The position numbers were made by a program, and so were the translations under genes. This document shows, piece after piece, positions 16,933 through 25,466 of a stretch of 64,000 nt of DNA (positions are counted from its first letter, which is position 1; every line of letters starts with the position of its first letter). Source of the stretch: an uncultured bacterium (GTDB lineage Bacteria; Patescibacteriota; JABMPQ01; CAVVCK01); contig CAVVCK010000002.1 of assembly GCA_963746775.1 (NCBI GenBank), positions 431,656 to 495,655 of the forward strand. The letters are read 5' to 3'. The notes beneath the pieces are model-generated. The model searched no databases. It was not told the DNA's origin and saw nothing but the letters and a program-made list of their open reading frames with translations.

Positions 16933-17847
16933 CTATCTAGCTAACTCCGCCGCCCCCACAACACCTGCATCTTTACCCAGCTTTGCTTTTTTAATTTCTA
17001 TCTTTCTCTTTTTAAAAAATACATTTTTGGTCGTTTCTTTCTTGGCTAATCTAAAAAGTAATTCAGATTTTCCTAAGCCCCCGCCAATTACTATTAAATC
17101 AGGATCTAAAATATTTACTAAATTAGAAATGCCCACGCCTAGATATTCGCCTGCATTTTGATATATCTTATAAGCTACACTTTTTGTACCTTTATCCATA
17201 GCTTCTTTTTCAATCTCTAAAGCGCTCTTCTTTTGTTTAGTTTTTTTATAATATTCATTTTCAATACTAGTACCAGAAGCATAGGCCTCCAGACAGCCTT
17301 CCTGCCCACAGCTGCATTTCCTACCACCATATTTAACAATCATATGCCCAGGTTCAGAAGCAAAGCCCTGCCCTTGATACATTTGTCCATTCAAAATTAA
17401 TCCTCCGCCCACCCCTGTACCCAAAGTAATCCCCACCACGCTGGAAAAACCCTTGCCTGCTCCATAAGTAGCTTCTGCTAAAGTAAAACAATTAGCATCA
17501 TTAGCTATTTTTACTGTAATTTTTTTACTTTTTTTAAATTCAAAACCAAGCTTGCTTTCTAGTGTCTTGGCTACTGGAATATTTTTCCAGCGGGAAATAT
17601 TGGGTGAATGCACAATTATACCAGTCTTTGAATCTATCTGACCAGCAATACCAACCCCAATTTTTTCTATTTTATCTACCTTTAATTTTTTAAAACCGGC
17701 AATTATTTCATCTAACAAATGCTGAAAACTCTGCGTATTTTCAGTCTGAAATTCCACTTTGGAAACTAATTTACCGCTATTATTAACTAATCCCATAGCC
17801 GTTTTTGTGCCTCCTACATCAATGCCAATTGTATTGTTTTGTATCAT
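16933..17847 (-). CDS. ROK-family glucokinase
   Basis: GIDVGGTK N-terminus and the CSCGQEGCLEAYASG zinc motif. Confidence 0.85.
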   Translation of the reverse strand: MIQNNTIGIDVGGTKTAMGLVNNSGKLVSKVEFQTENTQSFQHLLDEIIAGFKKLKVDKIEKIGVGIAGQIDSKTGIIVHSPNISRWKNIPVAKTLESKLGFEFKKSKKITVKIANDANCFTLAEATYGAGKGFSSVVGITLGTGVGGGLILNGQMYQGQGFASEPGHMIVKYGGRKCSCGQEGCLEAYASGTSIENEYYKKTKQKKSALEIEKEAMDKGTKSVAYKIYQNAGEYLGVGISNLVNILDPDLIVIGGGLGKSELLFRLAKKETTKNVFFKKRKIEIKKAKLGKDAGVVGAAELAR

Positions 17848-18246
17848 TTATATATTGTTTATCGTTTTTTTTAATTCTACTAAAACCTCATCAACTACTT
17901 TTTCTACCTTATTTATATCTTCTCTAGTAGTTTTTGCTTTAAGCCCAAAATCTTTACTTTGAAACTCCTTAGCACATGCCTCAATGTCTGCTTGAATTTC
18001 TTCTGAAATATCTAATTCCCCCCTTTTGGCATAATCTAATATTACAGCCAAACCACCCGTTACAGCAGTAAACCATCCTTTTTGTAATTTGTATCTTGTT
18101 TGAGAAGTATCAGAATGAACAATTTTTCCCGGATCTTCATCGCTCCACATTTTCAACCTTTCTAACATTGGTATAATCTTAGTTCTTATAGCCTCTGGAA
18201 TCTTATTTGATAAATCAGGATTTTCTTCAAATCTTCTCTCGGTCAT
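17848..18246 (-). CDS. Hypothetical protein (132 aa), translationally coupled between ackA and the glucokinase
   Basis: ATGA overlap with the ackA stop, and it abuts the glucokinase start. No family recognised. Confidence 0.6.
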   Translation of the reverse strand: MTERRFEENPDLSNKIPEAIRTKIIPMLERLKMWSDEDPGKIVHSDTSQTRYKLQKGWFTAVTGGLAVILDYAKRGELDISEEIQADIEACAKEFQSKDFGLKAKTTREDINKVEKVVDEVLVELKKTINNI

Positions 18247-19310
18247 TTTATTTTATTAATTATTTGTTTAGCGATTTGTAATTCTTCATCCGTCTCCACC
18301 GCCTCAACCTTAATTCTTCCCAAAAAAGGTAACCCTTCACATATAACTCCCCTCGTTCTTTCATCTCCTGACCCAATAGAGCCCGTAAAAATCAATACAT
18401 CCGATCCGCCCAATTCTGCATAATATGCTCCAATATATTTTTTAACTCGTAGGCAAAACATATCAAAAGCAAGCTTGGCCGTTTTATCTCCTTCTTCTAC
18501 CCTATTTAAAACTTTCAACCAATCTTTCTCGCCACATATCCCATATACTCCACTTTCAAAATTTAACATTTTATCTATTTCATCAACATCCAAATTTTCT
18601 TTTCTTTGTAAATAGGTAATCACCCCCGGATCAATATCTCCTGATCTGCTCATCATCATTAATCCTTCCATAGGTGTAAACCCCATAGAAGTATCTACTG
18701 CCTTGCCACCTAACGATGCCGTTATTGAACATCCCCCACCAAGATGACATGATATAATCTTTAAATCTTCAGCTACTGTTTTGGTCTGTTGATCCTTGAT
18801 CTCTGATCCTTGATTACTCTCAATCATCTTGCTCACCACATAATTATGCGACAACCCATGAAATCCATACCTTCTCACATCAAATCTCCCCGGTATCGCA
18901 TATCTATACACTTTCTCTTCTAAATCTTTATAAAAAGCGGTATCAAAACAGGCATAATTTGAAACATTTGCTAATAAATTTATGGCTGCCTCTATTCCCA
19001 TTAAATTAGCTGGATTATGTAATGGTGCTAATTCATTATATTTTTCTAATTCTTTTAAATTTTCAGCTGTTATTTTAGTAGTTTCTACAAATTCCTCGCC
19101 TCCGTGCACAACACGATGCCCTACTATCTTAATACGCTCCAAATCACCTATCTCTTTCAGGGCAATCTCTAAAGCCTCTTTATGATCCTTAACTTCTTCT
19201 CCAATATTTTGAATATAGCCAAATTTTTCTTCTTTTAAATCTCCACTGTTAAAAAATTTATATTTCAAGGAAGTGGAGCCGGAATTTATAATTAATATTT
19301 TATCTTTCAT
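18243..19310 (-). CDS. ackA: Acetate kinase
   Basis: MKDKILIINSGSTSLKYKFF and FHGLSH motifs. 355 aa. Confidence 0.85.
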   Translation of the reverse strand: MKDKILIINSGSTSLKYKFFNSGDLKEEKFGYIQNIGEEVKDHKEALEIALKEIGDLERIKIVGHRVVHGGEEFVETTKITAENLKELEKYNELAPLHNPANLMGIEAAINLLANVSNYACFDTAFYKDLEEKVYRYAIPGRFDVRRYGFHGLSHNYVVSKMIESNQGSEIKDQQTKTVAEDLKIISCHLGGGCSITASLGGKAVDTSMGFTPMEGLMMMSRSGDIDPGVITYLQRKENLDVDEIDKMLNFESGVYGICGEKDWLKVLNRVEEGDKTAKLAFDMFCLRVKKYIGAYYAELGGSDVLIFTGSIGSGDERTRGVICEGLPFLGRIKVEAVETDEELQIAKQIINKIK

Positions 19311-19447
19311 TTATTTCTTAATTAATCGATTTTTTAATTATAACATAAATCTTGTCTTAAAAAAAGAAAATACCGATATTTTAGCTTAATATAGGCATTT
19401 ATAGTAATATAACTATTATAAAAAATTTATTCCCTAATTTAAAAATT

Positions 19448-19726
19448 CTAAAAACTTCTTTCTTCGAATACTTCTTTTTTCAATTCTTCTATCTGCCTAA
19501 ATAATTCTTTGGCTTCTTCTACTGATAATTCTCCCTTGACCTGCCTTGCAATAATCTTTTGTCTTAAAGAAATAAAATATTCTCTCCCAAAAGCTTCTTT
19601 TCCTTTATTTGGATCTTGTTTTCTAAGTTCTTCTAACACCTTAGACATTTTGTCTTGTGTTTTAGCTCTCTTTAATTTTTCTTCTGCCAAATTTATTACT
19701 TCTGCTCCTTCTGATCTCTCATTCAT
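19448..19726 (-). CDS. Hypothetical helical protein (92 aa)
   Basis: ORF only. Charged, coiled-coil-like composition. Confidence 0.45.
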   Translation of the reverse strand: MNERSEGAEVINLAEEKLKRAKTQDKMSKVLEELRKQDPNKGKEAFGREYFISLRQKIIARQVKGELSVEEAKELFRQIEELKKEVFEERSF

Positions 19727-19730
19727 ATTT

Positions 19731-20312
19731 TTATATTATTAATTTCCCATAATCCCCTAGCCCTACATCAGCTGCATTCCCCTCATCCGTATCCATTTGA
19801 AAAGATAAACTGAATTTAGGGTGAATACGCACAATAACATCTTTAAAAATTAAAGCACGAGAACCAGTTATCTCCACTGATACTCTCTGCTTAGCTTCCA
19901 ATCCAAATTGCTTTGCTTCATCTGGAGATATATGTATATGACGCATAGCACAAATCAATCCTTTATCTAATTTTATTTCTCCTTTTGGACCTTTTACTAA
20001 TATGCCAGGTGTACCAATAATATCACCAGATACTCTGACCGGTGGAATATCGCCTAGTTTTCTGCCATCAGTTATAGAAACTTCTACCTGACTAAATAGA
20101 CGGCAGGGTCCAATCACCCTGACATTTTTAATTTCTCCCTTGGGACCAACTATATCAACTACCTCTTTAGATGCATATTGTCCTGGCTGAGATAATTCTT
20201 TTAGCGGTGATATTTTATATCCTTTGCCAAAAAGCTTCTCAACATTTTCCTGAGTTAAGTGGATATGGCGAGCAGATATTTCGACGGGAACTTTGTTGTA
20301 TGTATTTTTCAT
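19731..20312 (-). CDS. pduL: Phosphate acyltransferase PduL (PTAC family)
   Basis: VPVEISARHIHLTQENVEKLFG...LSQPGQYA...VRVIGP...QVEVSITD...RHIHISPDEA...DTDEGNAA. Confidence 0.85.
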   Translation of the reverse strand: MKNTYNKVPVEISARHIHLTQENVEKLFGKGYKISPLKELSQPGQYASKEVVDIVGPKGEIKNVRVIGPCRLFSQVEVSITDGRKLGDIPPVRVSGDIIGTPGILVKGPKGEIKLDKGLICAMRHIHISPDEAKQFGLEAKQRVSVEITGSRALIFKDVIVRIHPKFSLSFQMDTDEGNAADVGLGDYGKLII

Positions 20313-20355
20313 ATTTTTTTCGTAGGAGCAAAACAGTGTTCTACTCCTACATTAG

Positions 20356-21912
20356 TTATATATATTCTAAAAGATTTGTCCCCGTCATCTCTTCCGGCTT
20401 ATCTAATCCCATCAAACTCAATACGGTAGTCGTCACATCAGTTAAAATCCCAATAGGTAATAATAAACTTAAATCTTCCAACTTGCCTTGCCCTTTTTTA
20501 TTATTTGAAATAGCTATAAAAGGCACCGGATTTACCGTATGCTCTTTATTTATTTCGCCATTTATCAAATTAATCATAATATCAGCATTACCATGATCGG
20601 CAGTAATTATGACATTGCCATCTTTTTCTAAAATTTTTGGCATAACTTTACTCAAACACTTGTCTATCGTCTCTATACCTTTTATGGCTGCCTGTAAATT
20701 TCCGGTATGACCTACCATATCTGAATTAGCATAATTAATTAGGGTAAAATCATGTTCTCCTTTTTCTATATCTTCTAAAACTTTATCCGTTACTTCTAAA
20801 GCACTCATTTCTGGCTTCTTATCATATGAATCTACTTGTGGTGAAGGAATTAACATTCTATCTTCACCCTTAAATGGATCAATACGACCACAGTTAAAAA
20901 AAACAGTTACATGGGCATATTTTTCTGTTTCAGCAATACGTAATTGTTTTAAATTATTTTTACTCACCACTTCACCTAAAACATTATTTATTTTGTTTTC
21001 TGTAAATACAATTTTTACTGGCAAGCCTTCGTCATATTTAGTCATGCAGACAAAATATAGATTAGGGATTAGTTCCCTCTTAAATCCATCAAACTCCGGA
21101 GAAGTTATGGCTCTGGTTATTTGTTTGGCTCTGTCAGACCGGAAATTAAAAAATATTACCGCATCATTAGCTGATATTTTACCGTCAACTCCTTTTATTA
21201 CTACCGGCTCTAGCTCTTCATCATAAATATTTCTTTTATAAGAATCTTCTATGGCTTCTTTAGTGTTTTTACTCTCTCTGCCTTCTCCTAAAACCATAAC
21301 GCGATAAGCTTTCTCTACTCTCTCCCACCTATTATCACGATCTAAAGCATAAAACCTACCAGAAATTGTAGCAATTTTACCAACTCTTAATTTTTTAATT
21401 TTTTGCTCTAGCTCTAAAATAAAATCTTTGGCAGAATCTTTGGGCGTATCACGGCCATCAGTAAAAGCATGAATATAAACGTTCCTAACTTTTTCCTTTT
21501 TTGCTAATTCTAAAAGTGCATATAAATGTCTGCTGTGGCTATGAACCCCGCCAGGACTTACTAATCCCATTAGGTGTAAAGAAGAGTTATTTTTTTTAAC
21601 ATGCTCAATAGCACCTATTAAAGCTTTATTGGTAAAAAAAGACTTATCTTGAATAGCTTTATCTATTTTAGGCAATTCTTGATACATTACCCTACCTGAT
21701 CCCAAGTTCATATGCCCCACTTCCGAATTGCCAAATTCAAATTTAGGCAAGCCTACTTCTTCTCCGGAAGCTTGTAATAAAGCATGTGGGTAATCGCGAA
21801 TCAGGCTATCAAAAAAAGGCTTTTTGGCTCGAGCTACCGCATTTCCTTCGTGCATGGGAGCTATGCCAAAGCCATCTAGAACTATTAAGATTGTAGGTTT
21901 AATATTTGACAA
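20356..21912 (-). CDS. gpmI: 2,3-bisphosphoglycerate-independent phosphoglycerate mutase (TTG start)
   Basis: 518 aa. ILIVLDGFG, NSEVGHMNLGSGR, ADHGNA. Confidence 0.92.
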   Translation of the reverse strand: MSNIKPTILIVLDGFGIAPMHEGNAVARAKKPFFDSLIRDYPHALLQASGEEVGLPKFEFGNSEVGHMNLGSGRVMYQELPKIDKAIQDKSFFTNKALIGAIEHVKKNNSSLHLMGLVSPGGVHSHSRHLYALLELAKKEKVRNVYIHAFTDGRDTPKDSAKDFILELEQKIKKLRVGKIATISGRFYALDRDNRWERVEKAYRVMVLGEGRESKNTKEAIEDSYKRNIYDEELEPVVIKGVDGKISANDAVIFFNFRSDRAKQITRAITSPEFDGFKRELIPNLYFVCMTKYDEGLPVKIVFTENKINNVLGEVVSKNNLKQLRIAETEKYAHVTVFFNCGRIDPFKGEDRMLIPSPQVDSYDKKPEMSALEVTDKVLEDIEKGEHDFTLINYANSDMVGHTGNLQAAIKGIETIDKCLSKVMPKILEKDGNVIITADHGNADIMINLINGEINKEHTVNPVPFIAISNNKKGQGKLEDLSLLLPIGILTDVTTTVLSLMGLDKPEEMTGTNLLEYI

Positions 21913-21953
21913 TATGTTTATTTTATGATTTTATTAAATTACAGGAGGTAAAA

Positions 21954-22079
21954 GTGGCGAAGATATATTACTCAAAACAAAAGGCCGAGAGAAGAGGGGC
22001 TGCTGCTGGATTAGCAATAGGAATTTTTTTCTTTTTATTTTTGTTAATAGCACTAACACCTAACCACTTGTTCTTTTAG
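21954..22079 (+). CDS. Candidate 41-aa single-TM peptide (below the ORF-track threshold)
   Basis: AGGAGG at 21943-21948, 5 nt before the GTG. Peptide is VAKIYYSKQKAERRGAAAGLAIGIFFFLFLLIALTPNHLFF. Followed by hairpins at 22078-22104 and 22143-22168. Confidence 0.35.
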   Translation: MAKIYYSKQKAERRGAAAGLAIGIFFFLFLLIALTPNHLFF

Positions 22080-22142
22080 AGAGTTTGTATGTCAATTACT
22101 CTCTTAAAATCAGAAAACATAATTATTTGTGTTTTGTGGTTT

Positions 22143-22168
22143 ATCCCCCACCATTTATGGTGGGGGAT
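22143..22168. terminator. Intrinsic terminator ATCCCCCACCA ttta TGGTGGGGGAT
   Basis: 11-bp GC-rich stem with T-runs on both sides. Follows the eno stop. Confidence 0.8.
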
Positions 22169-22172
22169 TTTA

Positions 22173-23432
22173 TTATTTTAGCAGATTCTCAATTTCCATT
22201 AACCTATTATACTTAGCAATTCTTTCTCCTCTTGATAATGATCCCGTTTTTATAAATCCTGCTCCGGTACCAACTGCAAGGTCAGATATAAAAGTATCAG
22301 TGGTCTCCCCTGATCTGTGAGATATAATTGCTTTAAAACCAGCATCAAAAGCTTTTTTAATACACTGCAGAGTTTCAGTTACAGATCCAATTTGATTTAA
22401 TTTTATTAAAATAGAATTGGCTAATTTTTTCTCAATTCCCATCTCCAACCTCTTCATATTGGTAACAAATAAATCATCACCAACAATTTGAATTTTGTCA
22501 CCCAATCTTTTCGTCACCTTCTGCCAACCTTCGAAATCATCTTCATCCAAAGGATCTTCTATAGATAAAAATGGATATTTTTCAACCCAATCAGCATACA
22601 TTAAAACTAATTGTTCTGCATCTAGAGTTTTATCTTGAGCTTTAAAGTAATAATTTTTAGACTCCTTCTTATAAAATTCAGAAGCGGCAGCATCTATAGC
22701 TAGCATAATATCACTACCTGCCTTGTATCCTGCTTTTTCAATTGCTTCTATTATATATCCAAGAGCTTGATCATTATTTTCTAGGCTAGGAGCATAACCA
22801 CCTTCATCACCTACAGTTGTAGTATAGCCTGCTTGTTTTAAAATTTTACCTAAACTATGAAATACCTCAGCGCCTTGTCTTAGGCGCTCAGCAAAAGACT
22901 CTGCTTGAGGCATAATCATATATTCCTGAATATCTAAACCTGAATCAGCATGTGCTCCTCCATTAACAATATTCATTTGAGGATAAGGAAGACTATATTC
23001 AGCACTACCACCTATTTTTTCAAAATTCTCTTTTACATATTCATAGGGCTCTAGTCCTTTTGATTTGGCAACTGCATTAAATATAGCTAGCGATACTCCC
23101 AGGATTGCATTGGCGCCTAGCTCGGATTTGTTTTCTGTCCCATCTAAATCTATCATTATTTTATCTACCTGTGCATGATCTGAAACATCTTGGTTTATCA
23201 ATGCTTTTAATATTTTTGTATTTACATTTTCACAAGCTTTAAGTGTTCCCTTGCCACCATATCTATTGGAATCACCATCACGAAGTTCTAGGGCTTCATG
23301 AGTACCCGTAGATGCGCCTGATGGTACTAAACCTAAACCTTCCGTTCCGTCTTCTAGTATAGCTTTTACTTCTACAGTTGGATTGCCGCGTGAATCTAAG
23401 ATTTCACGAGCTTTTAATGTTTTTAATTTCAT
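22173..23432 (-). CDS. eno: Enolase
   Basis: 419 aa. [21 protein letters not shown]. Confidence 0.95.
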   Translation of the reverse strand: MKLKTLKAREILDSRGNPTVEVKAILEDGTEGLGLVPSGASTGTHEALELRDGDSNRYGGKGTLKACENVNTKILKALINQDVSDHAQVDKIMIDLDGTENKSELGANAILGVSLAIFNAVAKSKGLEPYEYVKENFEKIGGSAEYSLPYPQMNIVNGGAHADSGLDIQEYMIMPQAESFAERLRQGAEVFHSLGKILKQAGYTTTVGDEGGYAPSLENNDQALGYIIEAIEKAGYKAGSDIMLAIDAAASEFYKKESKNYYFKAQDKTLDAEQLVLMYADWVEKYPFLSIEDPLDEDDFEGWQKVTKRLGDKIQIVGDDLFVTNMKRLEMGIEKKLANSILIKLNQIGSVTETLQCIKKAFDAGFKAIISHRSGETTDTFISDLAVGTGAGFIKTGSLSRGERIAKYNRLMEIENLLK

Positions 23433-23452
23433 TATGTTTTATATTAATTTAT

Positions 23453-23513
23453 GTAGTACCAACCCCTCCTGGTTGGTTTTCTAAACATACCAGCCTAAAG
23501 AGGCTGGTACTAC
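23453..23513. terminator. Composite hairpin between pgk and eno: two stem-loops enclosed by an outer helix
   Basis: ACCAACC/GGTTGGT (23458-23477), TACCAGCCT/AGGCTGGTA (23488-23509), outer GTAGTACC/GGTACTAC. Confidence 0.55.
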
Positions 23514-23517
23514 TTTT

Positions 23518-24699
23518 TTATTTATCATTCAAGGCTGCAATTCCTGGTAGTTCCTTCCCTTCCAAAAACTCCAACATCGCTCCGCCACCAGTCGATACAA
23601 AGGTTAATTTTTCCTCTAAACCTAAGCTTCTAACCAAATCAAGTGTCTCCCCCCCACCAATAATACTTTTAGCATTGCTGTTTGCTACAGCCTGGGCTAT
23701 TTCATAAGAACCTTTGGCAAATTCTGGAACTTCAAAAAGCCCCATGGGACCATTCCAAATTACCATATTTGAATAATTTATAATTTCTTTATATTGAGCA
23801 ATGGTCTTTGGTCCAATATCTAGAATCATTTCAAAGTCTTTTAAATCTGTCCCATTTGAAATCCTAGATTTAGCGTTTTCATTTGGACTGCTAGCTACAA
23901 TATAATCTTGAGGCATATATAATTTATTCTCCCCTTCTTCTAGATATGGTAATAATTTTTTTGCCTCAAATGCCATTTCTCTCTCTACTTTAGATTTGCC
24001 AACATTCTGTCCTTTTTCTATAAGAATATTATTAACCAAAGCTCCACCTAATAAAACTTTCTCTGCTAGCTCTAATAATTTTTCAATAACTTTAATTTTA
24101 GTAGAAATTTTAGCTCCACCTATTAAACAAACCAAAGGATGTTCCGGATTTCTTAAAATATTAGATAAATTATTAATTTCTTCTTCCATTAATAATCCGG
24201 CTACAGCTGGTATAAATTTTGTTACTCCTTCAGTTGAAGCATGAGCCCGATGAGCTGTCCCAAAGGCATCATTAACATAAATATCAGCTAAGCTTGCTAG
24301 TTTCTTGGCAAATTCTGGATTATTTTCTTCTTCCTCAGCATGAAATCTTAAATTTTCTAGTAAAACAATGTCTCCTTTCTGCATACCGGCTACCTCAGTT
24401 TCTACTTCTTCTCCGATACAATCACTTAACATTAGAACTGATTCATTTAGTAAGGTTGATAAATATCTGGCTACTGGTTCTAATCTTAATTCTTCTACTA
24501 TTTTTCCTTTTGGTTTTCCTAAATGAGACATTAAAATAATTCTGGCTCCTTGTTCTATTAAATATTTAATAGTAGGTAATGCTTTTACAATTCTAGTATC
24601 ATCACTTACTTTTCCCTCCGAGGTTAGAGGCACATTAAAATCCACACGCATTAATACTTTTTTGCCCCTAATGTCGATGTCTTTTATTGTTTTTTTCAT
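23518..24699 (-). CDS. pgk: Phosphoglycerate kinase
   Basis: 393 aa. RVDFNVP, GGAKISTKI, STGGGA. Confidence 0.95.
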   Translation of the reverse strand: MKKTIKDIDIRGKKVLMRVDFNVPLTSEGKVSDDTRIVKALPTIKYLIEQGARIILMSHLGKPKGKIVEELRLEPVARYLSTLLNESVLMLSDCIGEEVETEVAGMQKGDIVLLENLRFHAEEEENNPEFAKKLASLADIYVNDAFGTAHRAHASTEGVTKFIPAVAGLLMEEEINNLSNILRNPEHPLVCLIGGAKISTKIKVIEKLLELAEKVLLGGALVNNILIEKGQNVGKSKVEREMAFEAKKLLPYLEEGENKLYMPQDYIVASSPNENAKSRISNGTDLKDFEMILDIGPKTIAQYKEIINYSNMVIWNGPMGLFEVPEFAKGSYEIAQAVANSNAKSIIGGGETLDLVRSLGLEEKLTFVSTGGGAMLEFLEGKELPGIAALNDK

Positions 24700-24764
24700 T
24701 TTTTAAAGTTAGAATTTTAAATTTAGAATCTAGCTATTTTATTCTATATTCTACATTATAAATT

Positions 24765-25019
24765 CTACATTCCTTCAATCTCTTTTATTTTAACATAAGG
24801 ACCGCTAATTTGGCTAATTTCTACTTTAGAACCGCTCAAAACTGTCCCTTTACTTAATAATTTAATATTAAATTTCAAATTAGAAGGTAGAATAGTTTCT
24901 CCATGCTCAGAAATTTTTCCCAAGCCAATTTTAATATTAGTAATTTTTTTTAAGCCATTTTTTCTGGCATACTCTTTTATATCCCGAACTATTTTGTCTG
25001 CTGCATGTAGGTCGTGCAT
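24765..25019 (-). CDS. HypA-like nickel metallochaperone lacking the zinc-ribbon domain (84 aa)
   Basis: Starts MHD (compare the MHE Ni site). The alignable HypA core runs up to EISQISG...VKIKEIE. No CxxC pairs anywhere. Confidence 0.6.
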   Translation of the reverse strand: MHDLHAADKIVRDIKEYARKNGLKKITNIKIGLGKISEHGETILPSNLKFNIKLLSKGTVLSGSKVEISQISGPYVKIKEIEGM

Positions 25020-25060
25020 AAAATCAATATAACATTAAAACAATATAATTAAATAACAAT

Positions 25061-25429
25061 TTATTTTTTATTATCTATACTTTTTCCTAAAGTTTTCAGT
25101 TCTGTCCAAAGCATAACACCTATTTCATCGGCTAATTTTAAAGCAATAATGTAATCTTCTTTTTTTATATAATTCTCATTTAAAGAGAAATAGAGAAGGT
25201 ACTTAGACTCTTTTAATGATCCATAAGATATTTCAAGAAAATTCAACTGGACAGCTCTTTTCCTTCTAGCAAAACCTTCAATATAATTAAGTATCACCGA
25301 GAGTAATGATCTTCTTATCTATGAAACAACTCCATATAATTCTGCCTTTGGATATCCCCTGGTTAATTTATACATTGAATGAACATATTCATCCATTTTT
25401 AATTTTAACTCATCTTGAAACTTAGGCAT
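25061..25429 (-). pseudogene. Four-helix-bundle protein gene (23S rRNA IVS / Avd-like family) interrupted by one in-frame TAG at 25319..25321
   Basis: Own translation: MPKFQDELKLKMDEYVHSMYKLTRGYPKAELYGVVS*IRRSLLSVILNYIEGFARRKRAVQLNFLEISYGSLKESKYLL... The track shows only the 78-aa distal part (GTG start). Confidence 0.75.
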
Positions 25430-25432
25430 TTG

Positions 25433-25464
25433 TTATTTTGTTCTTGTGTTATCTTGTTATTTTG
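25433..25464. repeat. 32-nt intergenic motif TTATTTTGTTCTTGTGTTATCTTGTTATTTTG (31/32 identical to 36195-36226)
   Basis: Direct comparison of the two sites. Confidence 0.8.
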
Positions 25465-25466
25465 GC

